Part shown: in pieces, positions 20,583 through 39,099 of the stretch
Position numbering within the stretch: the stretch's first letter is position 1
Layout of the letters: each line of letters starts with the position of its first letter
Source of the DNA: the human T2T-CHM13v2.0 reference genome, Homo sapiens
Direction: 5' to 3' (one strand)
Length of the DNA stretch: 64,000 bases
Assembly (NCBI RefSeq): GCF_009914755.1
Contig: NC_060935.1
Program-made: the position numbers and the translations under genes
The notes under the pieces: model-generated
Seen by the model: only the letters and a program-made list of their open reading frames with translations
Database searches by the model: none
Told to the model about the DNA's origin: nothing

Positions 20583-21988
20583 TGATCGGAACCCCCCCGC
20601 CCTGCCCCCGGCCTCCCAAGTGCTGGGAATTACAGCTGTGAGACACCATGCCCGGCCAGCCTCTAAGATAAAATCTTACATAACCACAGCACAATTATCA
20701 AAACTAAGAAATTAACAGTGATATAATGTTATTAACTAAACTATGTAACTTATTTAGAATTTCACCCATTTTTCTAATGCCCTTTTTCTGTTCCAAGATG
20801 TCATCCAGGATCCCACATTGCATTTAGCTGTCATGTCTCCTTGGTCTCCTCTGATATGTGAGATTTTCCCCATTTTCCCTTGTTTTCATGACATGGACAC
20901 TTTCAAATAATACTTGTCAGTTGTTTCATGTAATGTTCCTCGATTTGGATTTGTCTGATGTTTTCTCACGATTAGACAGAGGCCATGAATTCTTGGCAAA
21001 ACTACCACAGAACTGATGTGCCTTTCTCAGTGCATTATAACAGAGGATACATAATGGCCCATTATCTTATTCCTAACGATGTTAACCTTGATCACTTGGT
21101 TATTGGTGGTGTCTACAGTGTTTCTTCACCCTAAAGTTAATGTTTTTCCCTTTGTAAATAATAACTATTGGGGAAGATACTTTGAGATGATGCAAACATT
21201 GTGTTCTCAAACTTTTGCCCACCAATTTTAAAATTCATCAAAGGGATCTTACCTGCAGCAGTTATTACTGTGGTATTCTAATGGTGATTTTTAAATTTAC
21301 CTCATTCTGTCTGTATTTGTTAATTGGAATTCTTTTAAAGGAAGAGCTGTCACTTCTTTAGATTATGAACTCATGGATATTTTAATTCTCTAATATAGAG
21401 ATCCTGAAATATTAAGCTCAAAAACGTGTAAAGGAATGAACAGTATCCCAAAAATAAAGGCCTCTATGAGCAATTATGTATATAAATGTCAAGAATATTT
21501 CAATAAGGAGGTCTTCCTCTTTGAGCAGCCATAGCAAAATAGTTACAATACGACGTGTGGAGTTTGCTTTAAAATAACGCACTTTTCCTAAGAGTTCAAG
21601 GTTACAGTGAGCTATGGCTGCACCACTGGAATCCAGCCTAGGTGACAGAGTGAGACCTTGTCTCTAAAAAATAAATAGACACATAAAATAACCCACTTTG
21701 GTACAGAGGTTGGGAATGCTATATAGATGAAAAAAGATTAAGATACGAGTTAATAATTATTAAAGCTATGTAACAGCTAACAGGGGCTCCTGATGCTAGT
21801 CTCCGTATTTTTCTATACATTTAAATTTTTCCATAATGAAGAGTCAAAAAATATTTTAAGGACCCCAAAACACAGTATTTAGTTAAATCACAAGTTCACT
21901 TTTCAAATATGCCATTTATACCTGTTGTCTATTTCTGAATCCTCCTTCATCCCCCCAAAATTCTACCAAAGCTAACTTTAAAAAATTA

Positions 21989-22672
<684 letters not shown>

Positions 22673-23448
22673 TGTACAGTATACAACTTAATGACAATTT
22701 AAGAAACCAAAATAGGCTGGGCTCAGTGGCTCATGACTGTAATCTCAGCCTTTTGGGAGGCCGAGGCCAGAGGATCACTCGAGGCCAGAGCATTGCTCAA
22801 GGCCAAGAGTTTGAGACCACCCTGGTCAACAAAGCAAGATCTATCTCTATGAAAAAACTTAAAAATTAGCCAGGTGTGGTGGTATGTGCCTATAGTCCTA
22901 GCTACTCGGGAGGCTAAGCCAGGAAGACTGCTTAAGCCCAGGAGTTTGAGGATGCAGTGAGCTATGATCACATCACTACTCTCCAGCCTGGGTAACAGAG
23001 CAAGACCCTGACTGTAAGAAAAAAACAAACTGGCAGGGTATGGTGTCATATGCCTGTAGTCCCAGCTACTCAGGAGGCTGAGGCAGGAGAATCACTTGAG
23101 CTCAGGAGTTCAAGGCCAGCCTGGGCAACATAGCGAGATCTTACCTCTAATTACAACATTTTTAACACAAATTTTAAAAAATATTTTTTTTAAATCTGCC
23201 TTATAATAACAGGTAAAGATGAGTGTTAGAAGTAAGTGAGAGATACGAAGGTAGACGTCAGACCATGAAAGGGTTTAACTTAGACAAGAGAGTTTGGATT
23301 TCATCTCAAAAGTAAAGTTTGTCAGGATGTTTTGGCAAGGTTTAGTCAATCTCACAACGGACAGGATAACAAGGAGGTTTATTTAGTACTTATTAATTTT
23401 AAAAATCATAAAATATTTGTCCTTTTGTGACTGCCTTATTTCACTTAG

Positions 23449-23790
<342 letters not shown>

Positions 23791-24132
23791 TGAGCCCCCA
23801 TACCAGGCCAAGATTTCCTTCCTTTTTAAGGCTAATATTCCATTGTATGCATGTGTCACATATTGTTTATTAATTCATCTGTGGATGGATACTTGTTTGC
23901 CTCTACCTTTGGCTACTATGAATAATGCTACTATGAGTATGGGGGTAAATAAGTTGGTTTTAATTTTATAGAATGTACTTTTTTTTTGAGGCAGGGTCTT
24001 GCTCTGTCTCCCAGGCTAGAGTGAGGTGACACAATCAAGACTCACAGTAGCCTCAACCTCCTATGCTCAAGCCAGCCTCCCAAGTAGCTGGGACTACAGG
24101 CATGTGACACCACACCTGGTTAATTTTTTTAA

Positions 24133-24447
<315 letters not shown>

Positions 24448-25864
24448 AAACCAACTAACCAACCCTAAGCAAGTATTAAGTGTTGGTTCTTGGAAAATCT
24501 GAATCATCCAAGTTAGAAAGTAGAAAGCAAATGGAAAAGTAGTAATTGACCTAAAAGACTCAATAATGATCAATTTTAAACCGACAATGGGGAAAGCTGA
24601 GAAAGCTGATTTGGACCACAGAACCCCCATTGACTTAGGAATTGTCTGGGCCAAGTACATCTAGAAATAAAGGTAAAGATGGAGCTAAAAACAGAAGGAA
24701 GGGATGAAAGTCTATTTAACAAGTAGATTAACACTCTCTTCTATTCCCTCTTCTGTTCAACACAGCTGAAAATTAGAAGATAATGCTGCTGAGAAAGAAA
24801 AAGGGGGTTTCTGTACTAGGGATTACAAGGTACAGCTGAGGGATAGAGTACAAACAATATTAAAATCAAGGAGACTAAATGCATTTACTGTATGTTATGA
24901 CTTCAAACCCTCTCTCCATTCACCTCCAAGAACACTGACAACCAAGATTCTCTCCAGCAGTGCACTGAGTAATTCTTCTTCAGGGAATCTGACCAGCAAA
25001 AAGACTTAAAGACCTAACATCAGAGACTCCCAAAAAGGAACTCAGCAAGATCATTCTGCAGTAAAGACCCACAAACCCACACAAGAGCATAAAAAACAAA
25101 AACAAAAACACAACTCTCAGTGCTCACCTCTTAAATAGAAGCAAATAGCCAAGAAACACTAGTTTTTTGAGGACCACATCAAACAGGAAATAGAGAAACT
25201 AAAACAAGCAGAGATGAAAAACAATTTACAAAAACTAAATATGCAGGAAGAAAAAAGTCATGTATCTTATTAACATCTTCAAAATGACAAGAAAAGGTAA
25301 AAATTGGGAATTAAAAAGATGCTACAGAAGGCTGGGTGTGGTGACTCCCACCTGTAATCCCAGCACTTTGGGAGGCCAAGGGGGCAGATCACTGAAGGTC
25401 AAGAGTTCGAGACCAGTCTGACAAACAGTGAAATCACGTCTCTACTAAAAATACAAAAATTAGCCAGGTATGGTGGCAGATGCCTGTAATCTCAGCTACT
25501 CAGGAGACTGAGGTATGAGAATCGTTTGAACCCGGGAGGTAGAGGTTGGAGTAAGCCAAGATTGCACCATTGCACTCCAGCCGGGGTGACAGGGCAAGAT
25601 TCTGTCTCAAAAAAACAAAAACACAGATGCTACAGAAAGGAACATTCAGAAGATGAACAAAAACACTCTTTGAAATTAAAATGATAAGAACTGGCACGGT
25701 GGCTCATGCCTGTAATCCTAGCACTCTGGGAGACCGAGGCCAGGCAGATCGCATGAGCTCAGGAATTCGAGATGAGCCTGGGCAACATGGCAAAACGCCA
25801 TCTCTACCAAAAATACAAAAAATAGCCGGCCTTGGTGGCGCATGCTTGTGGTTCCAGCTACTCA

Positions 25865-26044
<180 letters not shown>

Positions 26045-26583
26045 TTATGAGAATTAAAACAGAAGCTTAAGGAAATGAAAGAGACCAGATGAAATAAAAT
26101 CAGGAAGTCTAATAAAAAGTCCAAGCCAGGTGAGGTGGTGCATGCCTGTAATTCCAGAGTCAGGAGCTTGAGGCGGGAATCACTTGAGGCCAGGAGTTGG
26201 AAAGCAGCCTGGCAACACAGCAAGACCTCGTTTGCTAAAAAAATTTTTTTTAATCAGCCGAGCGCAATGGCGAATGCCTCTAATCCCAACAGCTCCAGAG
26301 GCTGAGGTGGGAGGATCACTTGAGCCCAGGAGCTCGTGGCTGCAGTGAGCTATAATGGCACCCCTGTACTGTAGCCTGGGTGAGACAGCAAGGAGTTCAA
26401 GACTAACCTGGCCAACATGGCCACTCACTGCAACCTCTGCCTCCCGGGCTCAAGTGACTCTCCTGCCTCAGCCTCCTGAGATGGGATTACAGATGCACGC
26501 CATCATGCCCAGCTAATTTTTTGTATTTTAGTAGAGACAGGGTTTCACCATGTTGGCCAGGCTAGTCTCCAACTCCAGACCTC

Positions 26584-26937
<354 letters not shown>

Positions 26938-27454
26938 TTACAGGCGTGAGCCACCACGCCCAGCCTTAGCTCTACTTTTAAAAGCAGTGGCACTCATCAT
27001 GCTATATTGTATTAAGTATTGTGTATTTCTTCCCTGATAAAACGTAAATTCCTTAAAAGTAAGCACTACCAAACCACCTGACACTGTAGCAATTTTCAAT
27101 AAAGATTTGTTAAATTAAAACACTTTCTGAGCACTTCTCATGTGCCCAGCACTCTTCTAAATGTTTTGCATTATTTGACTAGTTTAAATGTCACAATAAC
27201 TCTATGATAGGTCTATTATCTTTATGTTATAGATAAGGAAAAATGGGGCATAAAGACATGTTGAGTAATCTGCCAAAGGTCAGTAGCCACTGCTAAAACA
27301 TGAAACCTAGACTCTTACTCTCCATCTCTACCAGTCCTCTAGTGCTCTAAATCATTAACTGTATGTACCACGCAGTTTTAAGGCTTCAGAACAAGATATG
27401 AAAAACTGGCAACATTATAACAGGAGATACAATTGACTTGATATTACCTAACCC

Positions 27455-29519
<2,065 letters not shown>

Positions 29520-29726
29520 TCAGTACTGCTAGTCTCTGACAATAAGACATTTTTTCCTTATCTAACATATTGCAATTTGATCAGCATTGATGGAAAAAAA
29601 GAAAAGGCAATATAAAGTGAAAAAAACAGTAGTAGGCTGAGTATGCGCTTCTCTCTGCCATTACATCTCCTAATTTATAATTGGTAACATGTATATATAG
29701 TGAAATCTTCTACTGTAAACCACTGA

Positions 29727-30041
<315 letters not shown>

Positions 30042-30237
30042 TGAACTCCTGACCTCAGGTGATTTGCCTGCCTCGGACTCCTAAAGTGCTGGGATTACAG
30101 GCGTGAGCCACCACGCCCAGCCAAACATTCCTTTATTAAACCGTAAGAATTTATCTAAGGTTAAGATTGATGTCATTAACTCAATCTGCTTCATGTACTG
30201 ACACAATTCATTTTCACTATAGAGCGTAGTATCTTAA

Positions 30238-30456
<219 letters not shown>

Positions 30457-30476
30457 TAATTTTTGTATTTTTGTAG

Positions 30477-30632
<156 letters not shown>

Positions 30633-33600
30633 TGATAAGCCAAATAAAACCTAATTTCAAATCAGTTCCATGAGCACATCATTGGTATAATTTGAATACT
30701 TTTCATGCGTTACATTAATAGCAAATAATTTAACAACTTTAATAAAGGAAGACGAATTTTGCTCAACTCAAAAAAAAGTACAAAATTCAGGTCAGTCCTA
30801 TTTTTTGAATGAAATGGTTGGGCCTCTAAACGATTGGTTTCTCTACCCCCTTAAGTATCTGATATATTCCTGTATACAATCAAATGATGTAAGTTTTAAG
30901 TGTTATTGTTAAACTATCAATTGCGTAACCATGTCAAAGAGTGTAACATAGGCTACTAGCTTTCGTTACTACTAGATTCAGCCATCATTCATTTACCCAA
31001 CATGTCTGAACAGCTACTATGAGCCTGGCTCTACGCTAGGCAATGGGGACACACTGAACAAAAAAGAATAGTTTTTATCTTCATGGGAGTTGCATTCTTC
31101 TGTGGGAAATAAAAACAAACACATAAAAAATAAGATAATTGTAAATGTGGTAAATGCTATTAAGAAGAAACAAGGCTTTGCCATAGATTACAGTCTTTGA
31201 AAGCTGAATTGTGGAATTCTAACAGACCTAAAAATAAATAATTCATGAAGAGTTACATCAAAAGGACATGGAGTCTACAGACTTCTAACGCATAAGAAAA
31301 CTATAGACACTGACCATGAAAACAGAGATCAATCTTTCATTGTCAAAGCTAATGAATGGCATTACTTGACAATATAGTAACCTCAAAAGATAATTAACTT
31401 CACATCCTGAATTGAATGCTGAAACAGAAAAAGGACATTAGGTTAAAACTAAAAATCTAAATAAACTATGGACTTAAGTTAATAATAACATATCAATATT
31501 AGTTCATTAATTGTTAACAAATGTGCCATACTAATGCAAGATGTTGATAACAGGGGAAACTAGATGTGTGGGTATATGGGAACTCTACACTATCTTTTCA
31601 ATTTTTCTGTAAGTCTAAAACTGTTCTAAAAAATGAAGTCTATTAAAAAAAATCTAACCAGGCTTCAGTAATGGAGGGGGGAGGGTAGTAGAGGCTTAAA
31701 CAAGGTACGAAATTAGAAGCCATAAAACTCTCCATTATGCATTAGAACATACACAAATACTCAAGAAATTCAAAGGAAACCTGAAGATACTTAGGAAGTT
31801 AAGCACTCCATTCATGCTAAAACCTTTTTAGGCAGGAAGATGAATAGGTTTTTTCATGCAAACTAAATAGCTGTGCATCACAACATAAGGAAGGCAATAA
31901 TATCCTTAGAATGCACAATAAGCACTTTGGATCCTTTTTATCAATAATAACCAATAAACTATATTTTATGTTTGGGAACTATCCTGATATTGACACAGAA
32001 AAGCTGGACTAGAAGCAACTCCATAGGTTCTACCAAGTTACTCACCTAAAGACACAAGTTTATACTTACTTCAGGAAAATATATAAGCAAAAAGGAGGGA
32101 GATTGTATTTTTCCCCCCAAAAGGGAGGAGGGGAAGATAATCTACACATGAAAGGAGAAAAATGATTTCCCAGTTCTAACTGGAGGCAATTTTGCAAGAG
32201 TATTAACCTCTGTGATGGCATACAAATTAGTATAAATAGTTCAAAGTAGTAATAAAAGCTACGAATTTATATCACTTACATGCCTTCCAGTCAAAACAAA
32301 TAACTAATGTTTTCTATAACCTCACCTAAAACACCTAGTAGGTACTCAATGTTTGATGACTCAGAACTAATCTCTCAATGTCTGAATTTTAAAGATGGGC
32401 ATGCAAAGTATGAGAAAAACAAAGGAGGGTAATCATCTCTGAATTGTCGAGTGTCAAGTTTGTATAATACAGCATAAAACTGGAATTACTACAAGAAGTA
32501 ATCGTAGATACAACCATCACAAAATTAGGATCTAGTATCTAATACAAAAGTACAGTGACAGCAGAACCTGACCAGGTAAATGACATAACAATTTCACTCA
32601 TCAGACAGTACAGAATATTAAGCATAAAAGAATTATTTAGCCCAAATGGTATTTAAATCTAATTTAGGTAACTAGATGATGAGTCTGTTCCTACTCTACT
32701 CCATTTTCCAAAGGAAATCCGACAAAACAAAGATGTTTGTTATTCCAAGCCTTCTCTCACATGAATCCTCAATATATCATTGGAAAATACTCAAGAAGGA
32801 ATGAATAATTAACATTTCCCCAGTAATTCCCTTTTGTACCACCATGAGACTCAGACGCTGCTTCATGTTGAAAAGAGAAAAAGGGGAGGTGAGATGAGAA
32901 AAATTCCAAGTAAAATGATCATGACATAGCATCTGGCAGAGATTGAAAAATCATCAACATTGCCAAAAGAATTGTCAGTGATGAAAGTCAAGAGAACAAA
33001 ATGAGGTTTTCCGACAAGCCACAGCCCCATCTAACCTAAGGGGCAAAAATCTCCACTGCCGACGCTACCCCTTTCACCCCCAACCACCCCATGCTCAAGT
33101 CGTCTCCAATTCAGATGTTTCCTCTATGGCCCAGACTAATTTCCCACCCAGGTGAAAATCATTTAATTTTTTCTACTACCACCCCTTCCCACCTTCCACG
33201 ACATCAGCACTTCGCAGGGCCAAGCCTCTGGGGAAAACAACGCCCAGATCCCACCCTCCTTGGCCAAGGTTGAAGAGGGCCCGCTCTCGGGAGTGGGGCT
33301 TCCCTGAGTGGGCCTCACAGAGCTGAGGAACTGGGAAAAGAGCAAGGAATAAGGGTGGGGCTCAAGAAAGGGGGCCGGGGTACGGGCAATGACCGAGACC
33401 GGAGGAAGAAAGGGATGGACAAGAGGCTGGGCGGGGTGAGGTCTGGGGAGGGAGGGCAGATCGACCGGAGATGGCCGGACTGCGGGGAACGGAGCCGGGG
33501 AGTCGAGGATTGAAGAACCCGGGGAACAGGGTAAAAACTCGGCCACTGGCGAAGAGCCAGTGGCACCGGGGGGCACATCGGGAAGGGCTGCGGTGGCAAC

Positions 33601-33710
33601 GAGCGCGGACGCGAGGCGGGCAGGGAGCCTCCGCGGACGGAAGGGCCGCACCGGGGGCGGTGCGGGGACGCTGCGGCCAGCTGCCAGGAGTAGGGGAGCC
33701 ACGCACTCAC

Positions 33711-33780
33711 CGCTTTGCTCCCCCAGGAACACCAGCTTGAATTTCCTCAGCGGATTCCCGAAGTCTCCGCCCGTGGACAT
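33711..33780 (-). CDS. RAB6A: RAB6A coding exon 1 (70 nt; [23 protein letters not shown] plus first base of Val), Golgi Rab GTPase
   Basis: Translation matches the recalled Rab6A N-terminus and start of the P-loop. Consensus donor G|GTGAGT at 33710-33705. Lies in a CpG island. Confidence 0.98.
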
Positions 33781-34330
33781 TGTGGAACTAGAGGAGCGGC
33801 CGCCGCCTCAGCCTAGAGACCTCCCGGACCGATGCTGCTCCAGCCAGCTGACGAAAAAGGCGAGCGGAAGGGCGGGCACCGAGCTCTCTCGGCCCCTGCA
33901 AGGCCCGGTGGAGGAGCCCGGCTGGAGGGCAGCAGGACTCTCCACAGACTGGCAGCCGCCGCCGCCTCCCGGCAGAGTAGCCTAGCACCGAGCGAGGCCC
34001 GCGGCTGGGAAGGGAAGGAGGGCGGTGTCGGCAGGAGCCAGGGGTGTCCTCTGGCTTCCCAAAGCTAGGGCCGTTCCCTCCTTCCGCACTCGGCTCCCAG
34101 ACCTGGGGAAGAGAAGCTGAGGGTGGCGGAGCCGGAACCGCAGACGTATCTGGGACCTCTCACGCGCAGCGCCTGAGCTTCCACAGCTGCCGCCGCCGCC
34201 GCAGCCCAACCTGCTGAGTGCGCGAGCCTCTGGAGCGGCGCGGGGCGAGCCCGGGCGCGAGCCTGCGGCCCCGCCGGCCGCTGGCGTGCGTGCGTGCGTG
34301 CATGCGTGCGCGCCACCGCCATCGCCATCG
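33781..34330 (-). other. RAB6A: RAB6A 5' UTR part of exon 1 (TSS position approximate)
   Basis: GC-rich, with (GGC)n runs and no AUG from 34300 down to the start codon. The TSS cannot be fixed from sequence alone. Confidence 0.7.
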
Positions 34331-34854
34331 CCTTCCTGGTTTGGACAGCTCTACCGGCTCCTCCCGCACGGCGGCGACGGGGCAGGTTAGGTTTCCACTG
34401 GCGTCAAAAGAAGCCAGGAGGAGGCGGGGCAAGCCAGGGATAAGTTAGTGGGAGGCTGGAGCCCTTACGTCACTTACATAATGAGCCAATCGGAAGGGGC
34501 TGAGGGCGAGCCCACACGCGAGTGAGGTGGCAGCGTGAGAGCGCGCGCAGCCCTCGAGCTGTGGAAAGCGGAGCACTGTGGCGGCCATAAGAAGTGTGGC
34601 GCCTCTCAGCCTGAGGGGAGGGGAAGGAAAGAAAGGGGAGGGGGAGAAGGGTGGGGCGGAGGCGGGGCCGGGACAAAGGTGGAATATGATCCCCCAAAAA
34701 GTGTGGGTGGGGTCCTATAGCCTTAAAATTTGTAATGGGAGCCTCTTTCCTGAGCCCTCAGCCGTGCCTCACAGTCCTCAGATCCCTTCTTCACCATTGC
34801 ACACACCCCACCTTCTCCATCCTCTCATCATAATTCCTCACAGGCATCTTACTA

Positions 34855-35758
<904 letters not shown>

Positions 35759-36982
35759 CTACTCAGGAGCCTGAAGCAGAAGGATTGCTTGAGTCCAGGA
35801 GTTGGAGGCTGAGGTATGGCACCACTACACTGAAATCTGGGTGACAGAACAAGTCCCTGTCTTAAAAAAAAAAAAAAAAAACAAAAAAACTTTCTAAGTG
35901 AATAATAAAAAATATGTCCTTACATTTGTGTCTATACACAAATGTATATCATTTGTGTATATCATTCACAAAACATTTATGTACTTTTTCTCATTATTGG
36001 GGAGTTATTTGCTTAGCTGTAGAAATGACAGGATTGAAAAAGTGCCTTCTCAGGCCCAGGGATGAATTGCTGACCTAGAATAAATTACAGGGAAGAACCA
36101 AAGTTCTTAAAATATCATCTATTCTGGCCTATCAAGACAACAGCTATATCCTCAAACCATCTCTATCAAAATTTACTCCCTTCTGGTTCCTCTCCCAGCC
36201 ATGTGCAGGTAGAACATGCATCTAAAATAAAATGGTAAAAACCTGGCTTGTAGCATGGACATTTGATTTTACAAGTAGTTTGTCAGATCTAATAGGGTCC
36301 TCTCCACCATTAACCCAGAACCCTGGCACATACAAAGAGCAGCTTAAACCAAGAAACTTTTTAAAAAGATTATGCAAACAAAAGTGAGTAGCTATTTTCT
36401 TTCTGATGGGTACCAAGTTTTCATTATGCTTCCTGAAATAGACTTTAAAGTAACATCTGAGGATTGGAACTATAATTACTTTGTACTTCCTACAGAACTT
36501 TATGAATCAGTCCTCCCTGCTGCTTTGGTCTCTGTAGTCACCTAGACAGGTGGTACTGTTCCCTGTCATTTTGAAGGGCCTTATGGTCTAGTCCACCTCT
36601 TACCTAAAATGTTTTAATGTTTTAAGCTTTCATTTTGCATTGACACATACACAGCCTCATTATCCTCTGAAGCTGCCTTCATATTACCAAGTACTCTGTG
36701 TAAGTTTTGTCTTCAGAGACTTTATGGCCTAAACATTGCATATTAAGTGCTGTAGGGTATAGCAAATGGAAAAATTACTCAGGAGAAAGAGGAATTAGAG
36801 AGGCCCTTTTCAAGAGTATTTTCACCAACATTTTCACCTTCATGATTTCCTACGCTCACTTCTCTTTACTGCAAACACTCTTCCCCTCCCTTCCCCACTC
36901 TTCCCCAATTCCTACTCATCCTTCAGTTAAAGAAATTGTCTTTTTTTTTTTTTCTTTTAAATCACTTACCACTTAAAGAAGT

Positions 36983-37346
36983 TGTCTTTGTCCATTCAGG
37001 CTGCTATAACAGAATACCATGACTGGGTGGCTTAAACAACAAATGTTTATTTCTCACAGCTGGAGACTGGAAAGTCCAAGAGCAAGGTACCAGAAGATAC
37101 TGTGTCTGGTGAAGGCCCACTTCCTGGTTCATAGACAACCATCTTCTCACTGTGCCCTCACATGGCAGAAAGAGAGCAAGAAAGCTCTCTGGGCTCCCTC
37201 TTACAAGGGAACTAATCCCATTTATGAGCACTCCACCCTCATGACCTAATCACCTCCCTAGGGTCCCACCTACTAATACCATCACATTGGGGACTATAGT
37301 TTCAACATATGAATTTTGGGGAGACACAAACATTCAGTCTACCACA
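36983..37346 (-). mobile_element. MLT1A-type MaLR solo LTR
   Basis: TG...CA ends, GGCTGCTATAACAGAATACCAT, ATGACCTAATCACCTCCC, TTTCAACATATGAATTTTGGGG. 5-bp flanking repeat GAAGT/CAAGT. Confidence 0.85.
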
Positions 37347-37934
37347 CAAGTCTTGCTCCCATCTGCTCCCATCCCCACTAACAGTATAAGTACCTTTGCC
37401 TGTCCTATTGTATCCTATTCTTAATTGCTGTTCATTGTCAGTGTTCCCTACTTGACTGTAACCTCCACGAGGTCAGATCTCATCTTGTATCCCCAGTGCT
37501 TGAAGAGTGCTTGCTACATAGTAAGCATGCAGCAGATGTTTGCTGACAAAATCAAATAAAAGAGGAATTATTTTTCACTGTCTTCAAAGGATGAATGGGA
37601 TTTGGGCATGCAGAGAAGGAAGGTTAAGAGCATTTTGGAGAAAGAGAACATTACCCAAAAATATGTCATGTAATTTGATACTTCTTTCCTAAACCATTAC
37701 TTATGAAAAAGATGCTGAGAACAGATCTTGTAACTAAAAATTAGGAACAATGGGAGAGGACAGTCTTCACAGCTCCAAATTCAAAGTACCTAAAGCAGCT
37801 TTCATTATCTATTTAAAGGTCATATCTAAATTGAAGCCCAGGAGTATGTAGGGAATCTATCACACAGAAATTGTAATAAAATTATAGCTTATCTTCTGCC
37901 CTGAGAGACACAAAACTTCTTGCAGGAGGACTGA

Positions 37935-38072
<138 letters not shown>

Positions 38073-38877
38073 TGAGATTACAGGCATGTGCCATCACGCC
38101 CAGCTAATTGTGTATTTTTACTAGAGATGGGGTTTCTCCATGTTGGTCAGGCTAGTCTCGAACCCCCGACCTTAGATGATCTGCCCATCTTGCTCTCCCA
38201 AAGTGCTGGGACTACAGGCGTGAGCCACTGTGCTTGGCTGAAATTTCTCTTTTTCCTTTTTGGAGACAGAGTCTTACTCTGTCCAGGCTGGAGTGCAGTG
38301 GCCGATCTCGGCTCACTGCAACCTCCACTTCCTGGGTTCAAGCGATTCTCCTGCCTCAGCCTCCTGAGTAGCTGAGATTACAGAAGTGTGCCACCATGTC
38401 CAGCTAATTTTTGTATTTTCAGTAGAGACGGGGTTTCACCATGTTGGCCAGGCTAGTCTCAAACTCCTGACCTCAAGTGATCCTCCTGCCTTGGCCTCCC
38501 AAAGTGCTGAGATTACAGGCGTGAGCCACTGCGCCCAGTCAATTTCATCTTATTCTTAGTGACAGACACTAGTGGTTGCATATCCAGCAATGCACACATA
38601 ACACACACACATACTTCCACCATATATACTAGAAATGACAGATGTGTTTCCAGCCTCCCTTCAGCTAAGTTATAGGCACATGAGTCCATCTGAGCCAGTG
38701 GGAGATGAAGGAAATGTGCTAGAGGCTTTTTTTATTCTAAGAGAAGAAGAGAGATAGAGAGACATATTTTCTTCCTTGATGAAAAGGAATAAATGAGAAA
38801 AAACTGCCATTTTTCTGCCATTGATGTAGCTGTGTAAGGACATGATATTTAGAGCTAAGATAGCTCTTCTGAACATT

Positions 38878-39099
38878 GAAGCTCTGCCTCCCGGGTTCAC
38901 GCCGTTTTCCTGCCTCAGCCTCCCGAATAGCTGGGACTACAGGCGCCTGCCACCATGCCCGGCTAATTTTTTTGTATTTTTAGTAGAGATGGGGTTTCAC
39001 TGTGTTAGCCAGGATGGTCTTGATCTCCTGACCTCGTGATCTGCCCGCCTCAGCCTCCCAAAGTGCTGGGATTATAGGCGTGAGCCACCGCACCCGGCC
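38878..39099 (-). mobile_element. 3'-truncated, tailless AluY-type element with 7-bp TSD, inside an old MLT1 LTR
   Basis: Alu 5' end GGCCGGG is intact at 39099; the element stops at ...GAGCTT with no A tail. GAACATT at 38871-38877 and 39100-39106. Confidence 0.75.

Larger units (their letters stand above)
33280..34710. promoter_or_regulatory. RAB6A: RAB6A CpG island / TATA-less promoter
   Basis: High CpG and GC content. CRE-like TTACGTCA 34465-34472, TTACATAA 34474-34481, CCAAT box 34486-34490, CGGAAG 34491-34496, GC boxes ~34654-34668. Confidence 0.92.

Noticed and set aside
33163-33710. 205-aa ORF beginning at the RAB6A ATG
   Set aside because: Only the first 70 nt are Rab6. The rest is read-through past a consensus donor into GC-rich, stop-poor intron.
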